DNA from: an uncultured Acidobacteriota bacterium
Lineage (GTDB): Bacteria > Acidobacteriota > Thermoanaerobaculia > Multivoradales > JAHEKO01
Assembly (NCBI GenBank): GCA_963713825.1
Contig: CAVQNG010000001.1
Span: 1-64,000 of the forward strand
Direction of reading: 5' to 3'
DNA: 64,000 bases
The notes below the pieces were generated by a model, which saw only the letters and a program-made list of their open reading frames with translations, had not been told where the DNA came from and ran no database searches. The position numbers were made by a program, and so were the translations under genes. Positions 9,821 through 20,475 of this stretch are shown piece after piece (position 1 is the first letter of the stretch; each line of letters starts with the position of its first letter).

Positions 9821-12800
9821 TCAGAACGTCTGTCCGAGGCCGACATAGATCTTGTACTCGGGATCTCCATCTCGCCGGTCCAAAGGGAAGGCGAGGTCGA
9901 GACGCAGTGGCCCGATCGGCGAGTCGGCGCGAAGACCCGCACCCACCGATTTGAAGAGCATCGAGCCCACATCTTGGCGGGTGGCCCAGACGTTCCCTGC
10001 ATCGAAGAAGGCCACACCATTGATGATGCTCCAGATCGGGAATCGCAGCTCCTGGTTGGTGACGAACATGGCCTCTCCGCCCAGGGGAATGCCGTCCTCG
10101 CTGATGGGACCCAGACTGTTGGTGGGATAACCACGAACCGAGAATTCACCACCAGCGAAGAGCCGATCGAAGAAGGGTAGCTCCTCGTCGTCTCTCGCCT
10201 CTCTCAGACCAGTCCGGTAGTTGTGCACCCAGACCAGCGCGCTATCGCCCATCTTGACCAGCGGAATCTGGGGTTTCACTTGGCCAAACCAGCCGTATCC
10301 CGTGTAGTCACTGCCCAGATTCTCGCTGGCAAAGGAAAGATCGGACCCCAGAAAGACCGTTACTCGATCTGTCGAGGTCTCGAAGAAGCTCCTTTCCCCT
10401 GTGTCAAACGACACCTGCCAGCCGGAGTAGGGGCTGACGACCGTCTTCTCCCTAACCCCGGAATCGGTCGTGGTCTCTGTGACGCTCCTCTTGTAGACCG
10501 TGTAGAGCCGATGAATACTCCTCTTGCCCCAGGGAAAGGTGAGTTGAGCCCAGGCCTCCTGAGTGTCGGCAACAACACTGTCTTCGTCCGCGCCGTTCTC
10601 ATCCATCTCCTCGTCCGGTTCTGTCGTGCTAGTCACAGGTAGCTGCTCCTCACGACGGGTCTCGAGAAAGAACTCCAGGTTCTTGTTGGTCTGTCGAATC
10701 CGCGGTATCGACCAATAGAGCCGCGCGTTGCGTTCCAAGGTGGCGTAGATGAGCCGCAACCCGAGGGTCTGACCACGACCCAGGAAGTTCAGGTCTGAGA
10801 TGTCGGCCACAACTCCAGCCTCGCGCGTGGACTCGGCTCGCACACCGTAGGTCACTCGGTAGCGGGCGTGCTCCTCGAGCTCAATTGTGATGGGGGTGAG
10901 AACCGATCCGCTTTCTTGCTTGGAGGTCTCCTCACGCCGGATGGCGATTCGTTGGAAGATCCCGGTGCGGGCCAACCGGCGCCTGGCCTCGGTGATGCTG
11001 CTCGGACTGAGGAGCTCTCCCGGCTCGAGTTGGGACACCTCCTTGACCCAGGCCGGTGAAGACGCAGACAAGCCCTCGGTCTGAAGCTCACCGATCCTGT
11101 GTTCACGACCCACCTCGACCTCGTAGAAGAGATCGAACTCCCCAGTCTTGCCGCTGGCCGCCTCTTCGATTCGTGTCTGAACGGCAGCGCTGGCGAAACC
11201 CAACTCCCGAAGGTAGTCCTCCATCAGGAACGAGGTACGAGCGATCTGACCCACGCTGACGGGGTCTCCGGCCCGTAGCTCCCTGGTCTCGTCAAGGGCC
11301 TCCTGCAGCTCCGCATCGACACCCAGTATCCGCACTTGTGCCAGATGCCGCCGAGGCCCCGGATCGACTTTCACCTCGAGGACGAGTCCATCTTCAGAGA
11401 TCTCCCGAGACAAGATCTGGGCCTCCGAGTAGCCGACGGATCGCATGGACTGACGGAATAGCTGATCCGCCACCGGCTCGCCCACGGCCAACTCGACTCT
11501 AGAAAGCCTCGACGCAAACAAGCCCACAAGACCCGCCGCCACATCTCCCGGGACACCCAGGAACGCCAGATTCTGGGGATTCACCAGTCGGCCACCCTGA
11601 CTGTCGACTCGAATGACTCGATTGCCAGTCAGATTTCCTGACTCCTCGAGTTCCGTGGTCACTTGAACCTGCGGATCGAGGAATCCACGGGCCCTGAGAG
11701 CTCGAACCGTATCCCGCCTGATCGTCTCCAGGGCCGGTGAGTCCTCCATACCCGTTGGCTGGTAGAGGGCGATAATGTCCTTCCGAGCTCTCTTCTGGGG
11801 GCGTTCACCTGTGAATTCGAAGTCGACCCTCGGTCCCGGCTCGACGGCAATGCCGACTCTCACTCGGTTTCGAGGCGCAGGTTCCACTTCGACCAACACA
11901 TCCGCTGCTGGAAAACCCTTGCGAGCCATCGCATCCAACATATCGATCTCGATGTCGAAATCGTCGCTTTCGGCCACCGGCTGCCCTTTGCGCAGACCTG
12001 TTGCTCGCCTCACCCGTCGCTTGCCGACGCTCCCCTTCGGCGCCTCGAGATCGATCGCTTGCAGCCGCGGCAACCCATCCTCCGCGGACCGACCTCCACC
12101 GAACTCCAGCATCTGCTGGAGCGTCACCCCGTGATTCGCCTGATCGTTGCGGAAGATCTGTGCCCGCAGGCTCGGCGCAATGGCGAAGTTCTGCAGATTG
12201 ACGATGTCCGTACGACCTTCCGCCTCGCGTGGGTTCTGGGAGAGGACATACGAGATCTGAGGGGTAAGGTGATACGACATCGTGATCCGCGCCGTCGTAT
12301 CGGTCTCCCCCATCAGGGGCAGCGGTTGGACGCTCAGCTCCACGGTCGGCGAGCCGCCGGTAATGGACTGTAGAAAGCGGTTCTGGAAGTAGCTCGTCAG
12401 ACCGGTGGCAAATTCGTCGGCCTGGAAGGCGTTTGCACCGCTCTGTGGGTTGTACCGATCCCAGAAGCCACCTCCCGGACCCTTGTCTGCCGATGCCGTG
12501 CTCCAGACGCTGTCCCATTGACTCCGCAGACGGGGATCCTCCGACGAGGTGGTCGTCTCGAAGTCCATTCTCGGTGGTTCGCCAGAGACTCCCGAAAAGA
12601 CCAACGCACCCGAATCGATGCGGACGGTCTGTCCGTAGGCAGAGACCAATCCACCCGGATCGATATCGATGGTTCCTGCGATTGTCGGGTTGGCCAATGT
12701 GCCACGAACCCGTATCAGCTCCCAATCGGCTCGTAGATCGGCCAGATTGTTCTTGACCCGCACACCCTCCCTGGTGACCAAGTTGATATCCAGATCCGTG

Positions 12801-15800
12801 TCCTCTTGAAAGGCCGAGCCACCGGTCGAGAGATCGGTGGCATTGAACATTCGGATCAGCTCTCTTTCGAGCTGGATGTTGCGCCGCAGGGAACCGCGCT
12901 CGACGTCAATATTGCCGGTCAGTCTTCGGCGCCCGTCCTGAGGCCAGGTCAAATCGAGGTTGCCATCAGCCGATACCGTCAGACCGTGATCGAGGCGATA
13001 CCGGACGCCTGCGAACTCGGCAGTCAACCTCAGGGTCTGATCGTCGCCTTGGCTGCCAGCAACCGTCACCTCTCCACGATTCAGCCGCATCCGGATCTCA
13101 CGGATCTCCAGGCCTGAGGGTCCGTAGATGATCTCCAGCTCTGGCTCACTGATCCGAGTACGGTACTTGCCCGGCAGGACGACACTCGCTTCCGGGCCCT
13201 TCACGTGAATCTCGGCAATGAGGTCGTCGATCGACCCCTGCGCGGTGACAGCCAAAGAAAGCGGTCCCGTCGCTACACCTCCCGCCAAGAAGGGCGTCAG
13301 AGCCGATGAGTCCACGGTGCCCTTCAATTCGAGATCGATGTCCTGAATCAGAGCCGCAAGCTCACCCCCGACAGTCCAGTCAGGATCGACTTCGGCTGTC
13401 AGCCTCAGGTCCAAGGGTGCCTCTGTCCCCGGACCCACGTAGTGCAGGCGAGCCGGCTTCAGCAGGACCTCACCCTCAGAGAGATCGATTCGCAGGTCGG
13501 AGTCCGAGCGTATATGGCTGTCACCATGCCGGACATCCAATCCCGCCACCTCGAGCGTGCCGATTGCCGCCAGAGGATTTGCTGGTTCCAACGAGATCAG
13601 GGCATCGAGGACGCCTTCGATCTCGAAATCGGGTAGATCGATATCAGCGAGAAAGAGTCCTATCTCGGAGGTGCGTCCTAGACTCAAGCCTTTGATTTCC
13701 AGGTCGAGCGACCCGGAGTCGAAAAGAACCGGGAGGCGGGTCAGAGCCTCCGAGTCGGGAAACAGGCCCATCAGCGCGGCCAACGGAACCGAGGCCTCGA
13801 TACTGCCCGGCACACTGGCCGTGCTGACGTCCAGTGCCACCGTTCCACCGTTTAGCCGCGCGTTGATATCGAGTCGCTGGATCTCCTCGTTCGGGCTGAA
13901 GAGTTGCAGGGCAATCGTCGCGTCGCGAATCGGTAACTCCACCTGGGCGCGACCTTCGGCGGCGAACTGCAGAATCTCGTCGCGAGGCAGGATCCCCCGA
14001 AGACCGCCAGCGAGACGCTTGAGGTCCAGTACACCCTCCTCGTAGGAGACTTCGACGGTGAGGCTCTCCTCCGCGGAGGGCACCCAGATGGCTGTCCCTG
14101 CCAGCGCAAGGGAGTCCAGGGAACCGCTCGCTTCGAGATCCGCCAGCAGACTCCCCTGGAGCCGATCCCTGATCTCTGGTGAAAGTCGGGCCAGAATCTC
14201 CTGACGATGGACCAAATCCGGAACCAGTACTTCCAGGAGCTCTTCGAGTTTCGCAAGGCTCACCTCCAGGTCTGGAAGATCGAGGTGAGTCGACGAACCC
14301 TCGAGGGACCCCTCCCGAATCCGTTCGAACCCGGTGAAGTTCCACCCACCTTCGGCCCTGCGAGCTCCCAGCGATTCGGGTAGTAGTTCCACCTCGAAGG
14401 CCAGGTTCGACATTGAAGTCGCGCGTGCCGAGAGCCTCATCAGGATCTCTTCCTCCATTTGCCAGAGCCCGTTCAGTTCGAGATCTGGAGCTTTCACCGG
14501 GCCCTGTGCGGTGGCGGACAGAGAGATCATTCCGGCAGGCCGGAATCCGCCCAGAGCCTCGGCGGCGATTCCTAGCTTGTCTACGAGGCTTGTTAGATCG
14601 TTCTGTTCAATCTCGAGTTCAAAAGACTCGATTCTCGAGTCAGCGAGATCCTCCCAGCCGGGCACGAGAATCCGGGCATCGAGCTCTCTCGTCCCCTCAG
14701 AATCCGTTAGCACCCTAGCCCCCAGATCGACGAGCACACCATCTTCGGGATTCGACATCGCGCTCGCCCGGGCCGAGAGTTTCAGCAGCTGCTCGTCCGC
14801 CAGTCGCCAAGTTCCCTTCAAATCGAGATCTGGGGCAACGACTGGGCCCTGTGCAGTGGCGGACAGAGAGACCGATCCTGCAGCTCGGAATCCACCCAGA
14901 GCCTCGACCGTGACGCCTAGCTCGTCGAGGAGACTCGTCAGATCGGTCTGTTCGATCTCGAGCTCAAATGACTCGATTCGCGACTCAGCGAGATCTTTCC
15001 AGCCAGGCACGAGCATCCGAGCATCGAGATCTCTCGTGCCCTCCGAATCCGGCAATACCCTGGCCTGCAGATCGACAGCGACAACGTCGCCGGAATCGGT
15101 TTCCACGGAATCCTGCGCCTCGAGTCTCGCGAGGACCAGCCCCTCCTCCCCACGACGCCATCGAATGTCGAAAGAACCACGAACAGAATCGTTGGCTGGA
15201 CCACTAGTGATTGCCGCGAAATCGAACCTCGTCTCGAGTTGTGCCAAGAGGTTCAGCTGGGTGCCTTCCAGCACGACTCCTTCCCAACCTGCCTCGGCCA
15301 GCAGGGGGTCGAACAGCTCCATCGGAAGATCTACGATCTCGGCCGAGATCGACCCTGTCAGCAGCGGCCCCGCGGAGGGAGTGACTTGGAGGTTGCCTTG
15401 GAGATCGATCGAACCGCTGCGAGTCAGATCGGGCACCAGCTTGGCGAGATTGGAATGCAGCTCGACCTCCAGGTCGATCGGAGCACCCGACTCCAGGCGA
15501 CCGCTGCCGCTCGCCTCGAGCTCGAGGCCTTCCCCCTTCACCTCGAGCAGATCGACTGCGAACTCACGATTCTCATCAGCCGAGAGCTTCGCGCTCAGCC
15601 CTGCGACAAGGGTCGGACGTCGATGGCTCTCGATGGAGAGTTCTGCCTCCTGAATCTCGAGACCAGCCGTGCCGTCCACGAGAGAGCCTGACACCGACAC
15701 GCCCCTCGCACTCCATCGATCCATCCACTTGTCCAGCTCAGACGAGACCCCCGGAGAAATGACCGATCCCCCGACAATTCGGAGCTCATGGATATCGAGT

Positions 15801-16282
15801 GACGGGAACTGACCCTCCGAACCCTCTTCCCCTCGTTCGGGAGCCTGAGGCAGAGGCGCCCCCAGATCGACCTCGGGTTCGGTCATTCTTGCGTTGTAGA
15901 TCTGAGGCCGATCCGAAAGGAGAGATCGCCAGCCGAGTTCGGCCTGGACTTCTGGCACCACGAGGAATGGATCAGAGTCTCCTCCTCGCCAACGCAGCTC
16001 GAGCTGTTCCAGACGAATCCTTCCTGCTCCCAACGAGATTCCGAAATCCCGTGCGGTCGCATGAATGCCGGTGGCCTCTTCGAGTGTCCCGCCTGCCCAT
16101 CGCAGAATCACGCCCCGTACAGAAGAGGATCTCAGTCCCAGAAAGCCCACCAGACAGAGGAGCAAGAGGACCGTGACCGAACCGATGAGCGCAGCCGTGA
16201 GGACTCGTGGCCATCTCCAGCGGCGCCTCGACTGTGGCTCTGGGGAATGGTCCATATCGGATGACTCAGAACAGCCGCTCAC
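9821..16282 (-). CDS. Fused TamB/AsmA-like repeat region + POTRA + TamA/BamA (Omp85) barrel protein, 2153 aa
   Basis: N-terminal TM anchor; TamB/DUF490-like segment (IRVRGTLANPTIAGTI); POTRA-like repeats; DLNFLGRGQ; RLFAGGEFSVRGY; SPIGPLRLDLAFP; terminal GQTF. Confidence 0.85.
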   Translation of the reverse strand: MSGCSESSDMDHSPEPQSRRRWRWPRVLTAALIGSVTVLLLLCLVGFLGLRSSSVRGVILRWAGGTLEEATGIHATARDFGISLGAGRIRLEQLELRWRGGDSDPFLVVPEVQAELGWRSLLSDRPQIYNARMTEPEVDLGAPLPQAPERGEEGSEGQFPSLDIHELRIVGGSVISPGVSSELDKWMDRWSARGVSVSGSLVDGTAGLEIQEAELSIESHRRPTLVAGLSAKLSADENREFAVDLLEVKGEGLELEASGSGRLESGAPIDLEVELHSNLAKLVPDLTRSGSIDLQGNLQVTPSAGPLLTGSISAEIVDLPMELFDPLLAEAGWEGVVLEGTQLNLLAQLETRFDFAAITSGPANDSVRGSFDIRWRRGEEGLVLARLEAQDSVETDSGDVVAVDLQARVLPDSEGTRDLDARMLVPGWKDLAESRIESFELEIEQTDLTSLLDELGVTVEALGGFRAAGSVSLSATAQGPVVAPDLDLKGTWRLADEQLLKLSARASAMSNPEDGVLVDLGARVLTDSEGTRELDARILVPGWEDLADSRIESFELEIEQNDLTSLVDKLGIAAEALGGFRPAGMISLSATAQGPVKAPDLELNGLWQMEEEILMRLSARATSMSNLAFEVELLPESLGARRAEGGWNFTGFERIREGSLEGSSTHLDLPDLEVSLAKLEELLEVLVPDLVHRQEILARLSPEIRDRLQGSLLADLEASGSLDSLALAGTAIWVPSAEESLTVEVSYEEGVLDLKRLAGGLRGILPRDEILQFAAEGRAQVELPIRDATIALQLFSPNEEIQRLDINARLNGGTVALDVSTASVPGSIEASVPLAALMGLFPDSEALTRLPVLFDSGSLDLEIKGLSLGRTSEIGLFLADIDLPDFEIEGVLDALISLEPANPLAAIGTLEVAGLDVRHGDSHIRSDSDLRIDLSEGEVLLKPARLHYVGPGTEAPLDLRLTAEVDPDWTVGGELAALIQDIDLELKGTVDSSALTPFLAGGVATGPLSLAVTAQGSIDDLIAEIHVKGPEASVVLPGKYRTRISEPELEIIYGPSGLEIREIRMRLNRGEVTVAGSQGDDQTLRLTAEFAGVRYRLDHGLTVSADGNLDLTWPQDGRRRLTGNIDVERGSLRRNIQLERELIRMFNATDLSTGGSAFQEDTDLDINLVTREGVRVKNNLADLRADWELIRVRGTLANPTIAGTIDIDPGGLVSAYGQTVRIDSGALVFSGVSGEPPRMDFETTTSSEDPRLRSQWDSVWSTASADKGPGGGFWDRYNPQSGANAFQADEFATGLTSYFQNRFLQSITGGSPTVELSVQPLPLMGETDTTARITMSYHLTPQISYVLSQNPREAEGRTDIVNLQNFAIAPSLRAQIFRNDQANHGVTLQQMLEFGGGRSAEDGLPRLQAIDLEAPKGSVGKRRVRRATGLRKGQPVAESDDFDIEIDMLDAMARKGFPAADVLVEVEPAPRNRVRVGIAVEPGPRVDFEFTGERPQKRARKDIIALYQPTGMEDSPALETIRRDTVRALRARGFLDPQVQVTTELEESGNLTGNRVIRVDSQGGRLVNPQNLAFLGVPGDVAAGLVGLFASRLSRVELAVGEPVADQLFRQSMRSVGYSEAQILSREISEDGLVLEVKVDPGPRRHLAQVRILGVDAELQEALDETRELRAGDPVSVGQIARTSFLMEDYLRELGFASAAVQTRIEEAASGKTGEFDLFYEVEVGREHRIGELQTEGLSASSPAWVKEVSQLEPGELLSPSSITEARRRLARTGIFQRIAIRREETSKQESGSVLTPITIELEEHARYRVTYGVRAESTREAGVVADISDLNFLGRGQTLGLRLIYATLERNARLYWSIPRIRQTNKNLEFFLETRREEQLPVTSTTEPDEEMDENGADEDSVVADTQEAWAQLTFPWGKRSIHRLYTVYKRSVTETTTDSGVREKTVVSPYSGWQVSFDTGERSFFETSTDRVTVFLGSDLSFASENLGSDYTGYGWFGQVKPQIPLVKMGDSALVWVHNYRTGLREARDDEELPFFDRLFAGGEFSVRGYPTNSLGPISEDGIPLGGEAMFVTNQELRFPIWSIINGVAFFDAGNVWATRQDVGSMLFKSVGAGLRADSPIGPLRLDLAFPLDRRDGDPEYKIYVGLGQTF
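14405..15085 (-). repeat. Intragenic tandem duplication, 345-bp (115-aa) unit x2
   Basis: DLQARVLPDSEGTRDLDARMLVPGWKDLAESRIESFELEIEQ...SARASAMSN recurs as DLGARVLTDSEGTRELDARILVPGWEDLADSRIESFELEIEQ...SARATSMSN. Confidence 0.9.
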
Positions 16283-16389
16283 TCAATGGGGATCCCGAGC
16301 TCTTCGCCCAGCGTCTCCGCTTGAAGTAGGCAATCATATCCAGAGCGATCGCGATCATGACGGCCCGGATCGCGGGATCGCCCACCCCT

Positions 16390-17907
16390 CTATTGCTTGG
16401 GGTCGGCCCACAGCAGTCTGAACCCGGGAAACTGAGATGGCTGCGGGTCGAACGACTCCGGTATTGCCGGCTGGTTTCCGTCTCGTACCGCTGCCACGGA
16501 GGGCGTCATGATCTCGATCCCCGCTTCGTTGAAGAGATCGAGGACGTTCTGGCGAAGAGCTGATTCAATATGGCGTCTTCTCTTGGGTTCCATGGTTTTC
16601 GCGACCAGGAGGTAGGAGACCGCATAGCTGTCGAGCTCCGTCTGCATGACGAACGGTTTCGGGTCGGTCTCGATGCCCTCGGTCTCCAGAGCCGCCCTCT
16701 CCATCAGCTCGTGCACCCGCCTCCAATCCGTGTCATAACCGATGCCGGCCGGGATGAGAATCGCCAGGCCGTCTTCTCGGGTTGCAGCACTGAGATTGAC
16801 GATATCGCCGCTGAGCACTTTGCCGTTCGGAATGGTGATCGCTTCATTTCCCCACGAGCGCACGCGGGTCACAAAGAGCCCTTTCTCGATGACGTCGCCT
16901 TGGACATCGCCGATCTGCACCCGATCGCCATTGCGAAAGGAACGCGTGTAGGTCAGAACGACTCCACTGATGATGTTGTTTATCGCCGCGGTGGCGCCCA
17001 GAGTGATCATGGCGCCGATGAAAATGGAGAATCCCTGGAAGATGTCCGAGCCAGCACCTGGGAGGTATGGATAACTGACGATGATCGTCAGCAGGATCAC
17101 GGCGATGCGCGCGAGCCGGTAGGTCGGAACTCCCCACTCGGGATCGAACCCGGGAAAAGAGATCTGCCCATTTTCAATCGCAGTCGACGCCACGCGGAGC
17201 AGCCGGAGCGAGTAGACGCTTACCGTGACGATCACGATAAGTGTGAAGAGATTGGGCAAGTACGAGACGACCGAAATCGTGACTCGTCTGAACGGGGCGA
17301 GGGCGTAGGGAGCCAACTGACCGGCGAACGGAGCAGTAGCCGGAAAGAACCCGAGCACGATTGGGATGTAGAGATAGAAGGCGCCCAAGCCCGCAGCCCA
17401 CGCCACGATCTTGAGCCCCACCCGAAGGGTCTGTCCCAGTCTTCGCCGCGAAACCAGAGATGCCCTCTGGAACTGGACGGTCTCGCCCCTGGATACCCAC
17501 GTGTCCAACTTCTTGCGAAGGCCCTGGTAGCCCTTGGCAATCAGGGCCAGCACAAAGAGCAGAATCGCAGTTGCCACGACGGTGTAGACCGTGCCGCGCA
17601 GAAAGGTCGTCAGCTGCGTGGATTGAGAGTGGGGACTGAGGTTCGCAAGGAACCAATCGAGACTGGCGGCCCGCCAGAATAGGCCTACGGCGACAATACC
17701 CAAAAAAATCGTTGCGTAAAGAGAGACGCGCCGCCATCGTCGAATGCGCCGTTCTCGTGACTCGCGGAGCAGCACGATCCTGAGGATGATCTCCCGCACG
17801 AGGAAGGCCAGCAGGAAAATCACGAGCGGTTGGACGAATGCAAAGACAACCCATACCGGAAGTCCGAGCTCTGTGGTCATCCATTGGCTGATCGGTAGAT
17901 TGTCCAT
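16390..17907 (-). CDS. MscS-family mechanosensitive channel
   Basis: Multiple TM helices, NNIISGVVLTYTRSFRNGDRVQIG, TELDSYAVSY, FNEAGIEIMTP. Confidence 0.9.
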   Translation of the reverse strand: MDNLPISQWMTTELGLPVWVVFAFVQPLVIFLLAFLVREIILRIVLLRESRERRIRRWRRVSLYATIFLGIVAVGLFWRAASLDWFLANLSPHSQSTQLTTFLRGTVYTVVATAILLFVLALIAKGYQGLRKKLDTWVSRGETVQFQRASLVSRRRLGQTLRVGLKIVAWAAGLGAFYLYIPIVLGFFPATAPFAGQLAPYALAPFRRVTISVVSYLPNLFTLIVIVTVSVYSLRLLRVASTAIENGQISFPGFDPEWGVPTYRLARIAVILLTIIVSYPYLPGAGSDIFQGFSIFIGAMITLGATAAINNIISGVVLTYTRSFRNGDRVQIGDVQGDVIEKGLFVTRVRSWGNEAITIPNGKVLSGDIVNLSAATREDGLAILIPAGIGYDTDWRRVHELMERAALETEGIETDPKPFVMQTELDSYAVSYLLVAKTMEPKRRRHIESALRQNVLDLFNEAGIEIMTPSVAAVRDGNQPAIPESFDPQPSQFPGFRLLWADPKQ

Positions 17908-17925
17908 AGAAGAGCTCCTCGCAGA

Positions 17926-18804
17926 CTATGCCTCGCTGGAGTCAGCCCCCGCTGGGCCGCTCATGAGAATGGTTCCGTCGATGTGTACATCGCGTTGCGG
18001 AAAAGCGATGACGATGCCGTTCTCTCGAAACAGCTCATCGATTCGAAAGCGGATCTCGCTGCGCAACAGCCGCAGGTTTGCCCCGGGTCGGAGCAATGAG
18101 AAGAAGAGGGCTTCGAAAACCAGCGAGCTGTCCCCGAAGTCCTCGAAGATGATCCTCGGCTCCGGATCGTCCAGGACTTCTTCCCGTTCACGGACTGCCT
18201 GCTCGAGCAGCTGTGCGACCTTCCTGACCGGCGAGCCATAGGCAACACCGACCCGGACGGATGTCCTGATCTCCTGGTCCGTCAGCGTCCAGTTGACGAC
18301 CGGGTTCTCGAGGAAGTGACTGTTGGGAATGACGATCCTTACGCTGTCCAGGCGGCGGATCCGAGTCGACCGGGTACCGATGGTCTCGACCCTACCCAGG
18401 GTCCCATCGATCTCGAGCAGATCGTCGACGCGGATCGGCTGCTCGCCCATGAGGATCCAACCGCTGATGAAGTTGTTGATGATGTTTTGGGCTCCGAAGC
18501 CGATACCGATTGCGATCGCGCCAGAGAGAAAAGCAAAGGTCGCCAGTGGCACGTTGAGCATGCCGAGTACAGCCGGAACCAAGGCGATCAGAACAGCTAT
18601 CCAAAGGGCGCGACGAACAATCTGCACGAGATTCGCGTCCCGACCTCTCGACAGCATCCGTTTCGAGATCGCGTTCATGGCCCAGCGAGCCAAACCCAGA
18701 ATCAGAAGGATGACGATCGGGACGCTCAGGACCTGAGCGACCGTGACCGGCGAATCGCCGAACTGGAACAGCTCAATACTCAGAAAGCTCGAAATCTCAG
18801 CCAT
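17926..18804 (-). CDS. MscS-family mechanosensitive channel (small)
   Basis: GIGFGAQNIINNFISG, VGVAYGS, FGDSSLVF, IAFPQRDVH. Confidence 0.93.
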   Translation of the reverse strand: MAEISSFLSIELFQFGDSPVTVAQVLSVPIVILLILGLARWAMNAISKRMLSRGRDANLVQIVRRALWIAVLIALVPAVLGMLNVPLATFAFLSGAIAIGIGFGAQNIINNFISGWILMGEQPIRVDDLLEIDGTLGRVETIGTRSTRIRRLDSVRIVIPNSHFLENPVVNWTLTDQEIRTSVRVGVAYGSPVRKVAQLLEQAVREREEVLDDPEPRIIFEDFGDSSLVFEALFFSLLRPGANLRLLRSEIRFRIDELFRENGIVIAFPQRDVHIDGTILMSGPAGADSSEA

Positions 18805-18840
18805 TACAAGAACCTTTCAGTGTGGAGTACTGGCAGGGAA

Positions 18841-20475
18841 TCAATTCAAGATCAACTGCAACCGCACATTGAACCCCGAACTGTGACCGACGATGCCCAA
18901 GCGGTCGAGCGAGATATCCCGATAGTTCACACTGAATTGCGAGATCGGCGTGAGCCACCAATTGACACCAAGCGACAGGATGTCCAGCTTTCCACCCTCG
19001 ACTGTGCCGTCGGTCAGATCCAGGCGCGAGTATCGGGCGGCGAGCTCGACCGCCCCCCACCCACCCCGGTTGACCGGTCGGCTCACGGGTAGCGGGTTGA
19101 ACACGCCGCTGCGCTTGCGATACCCACGCATCTCGCCCGTGACCGCCCAGGCGCCGGTAAAAGAATAGCCGCTAAACTCGGGATCTCCCGATTCTGCCGC
19201 ATCGACCCCGACGCCAAAGTACTCGGAGCCGAGGAGAAACGGCCCCTTGCGCCAGTAGGCCTCCAGGATCCAGGTCTGAGCGTCTTCTGCCGAGATGGCT
19301 CCCGAGTCGGCGAAGAGCGGTGCGTTGAAGAACTCCGGTCTGGTCCGGTAGCGCAGGGGCTGTTTCGCGTCCGAATGCCTCAGCCCGAGCCCCACGTGCA
19401 GCAGGTTGCTCTCGTCCTTCGACACCGCCGGCACCCAGGTCAAGCGGCCCGTGTAGTTACTCGTCGTGTCACTGAAGGACTCGTCGCCGTCGATCCAGTT
19501 GTTGAACGCCCCCACCGCCCAGGTGAACCACTCCCCGCCGGTCCCACTGAGAGCGAGACCGTGCGTGCGGGCGGGCAGGAAGGCGTCGTTGGCAGCGGCA
19601 CGCTCCTGCATGGGCAAGAACGACAGAGCCGTCAACCTCTCCATCGACAGGGTCTCGCGGAACTTGCCGACGGTGAGGGTCAGGTCAGCGGGCAGAGGAA
19701 TGTCGAGCCGGTAGTCGACGAACTGGAACTCGTCATCCTCCCTGACGTTGAATCCCCTGTCGAATGCATTGGTGGCGACAAACACTGTATACAGCCACGG
19801 TCGCTTGAAGTTGAGCGTGCCGACCACGCCGCCCCGGAAGCCCCGGACCTTGCCCCCTTCGAAGTCCTCGAGCTCGCCGACCTGCTCCTGGCTCTCAGCG
19901 TCCTGGCTCAACCAGAACTGGCGATCCAACATGAGGGCTCCGGTGAACAGACCCGAGATCGGTTTGGTGTCGAACTTGTTCCACTTCCTGCTGTCGTAGT
20001 ACCGGATCGGAACGGCCATCGGTGGCGGCGTGTAGGCCCGCCAGGCTCGGGCCCTGGGCCTGTCTTCGGGAGACGAAGGAGGTGCCTGCGTGAGCTCGTT
20101 CTTAACGATTACCCCCGCCCGAATCGCGAAGCGTACATGCGGCTCTGTGTCCAGCAGCACGTCGAAGTCCACTCGTGGATCCTGGTCGAGAATCAAGAAG
20201 CTAGCGGGTGTGCCAAGGACAAGCTGCCCAAGGAGAAAACCGCCGCTCGCGTCGACACCGACGTCGCTCGACTGGATGACGAGGCTATCTTTCGTCACAA
20301 CGACCAAATTGCCGCCGACGATGAGGAGGTTGACGGGGACGTCGTGCTTCGGCGCGTCGCGACCCGCCAGCCGCACGTTCAGGACGAGGATCCGCTCGGC
20401 GTCGGCGGCGTGGGCGATCGGCGCAACCGCGAAGACCGCCAAGAGGAGAATGGCGAGTGGCGTTCTCTTGATCAT
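18841..20475 (-). CDS. OprO/OprP-family anion-selective porin with N-terminal extension
   Basis: Signal peptide; GKFRETLSMERLT, MQERAA, WAVTGEMRGY, GAVELAARYSRLDL, LGVNWW. Confidence 0.85.
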   Translation of the reverse strand: MIKRTPLAILLLAVFAVAPIAHAADAERILVLNVRLAGRDAPKHDVPVNLLIVGGNLVVVTKDSLVIQSSDVGVDASGGFLLGQLVLGTPASFLILDQDPRVDFDVLLDTEPHVRFAIRAGVIVKNELTQAPPSSPEDRPRARAWRAYTPPPMAVPIRYYDSRKWNKFDTKPISGLFTGALMLDRQFWLSQDAESQEQVGELEDFEGGKVRGFRGGVVGTLNFKRPWLYTVFVATNAFDRGFNVREDDEFQFVDYRLDIPLPADLTLTVGKFRETLSMERLTALSFLPMQERAAANDAFLPARTHGLALSGTGGEWFTWAVGAFNNWIDGDESFSDTTSNYTGRLTWVPAVSKDESNLLHVGLGLRHSDAKQPLRYRTRPEFFNAPLFADSGAISAEDAQTWILEAYWRKGPFLLGSEYFGVGVDAAESGDPEFSGYSFTGAWAVTGEMRGYRKRSGVFNPLPVSRPVNRGGWGAVELAARYSRLDLTDGTVEGGKLDILSLGVNWWLTPISQFSVNYRDISLDRLGIVGHSSGFNVRLQLILN

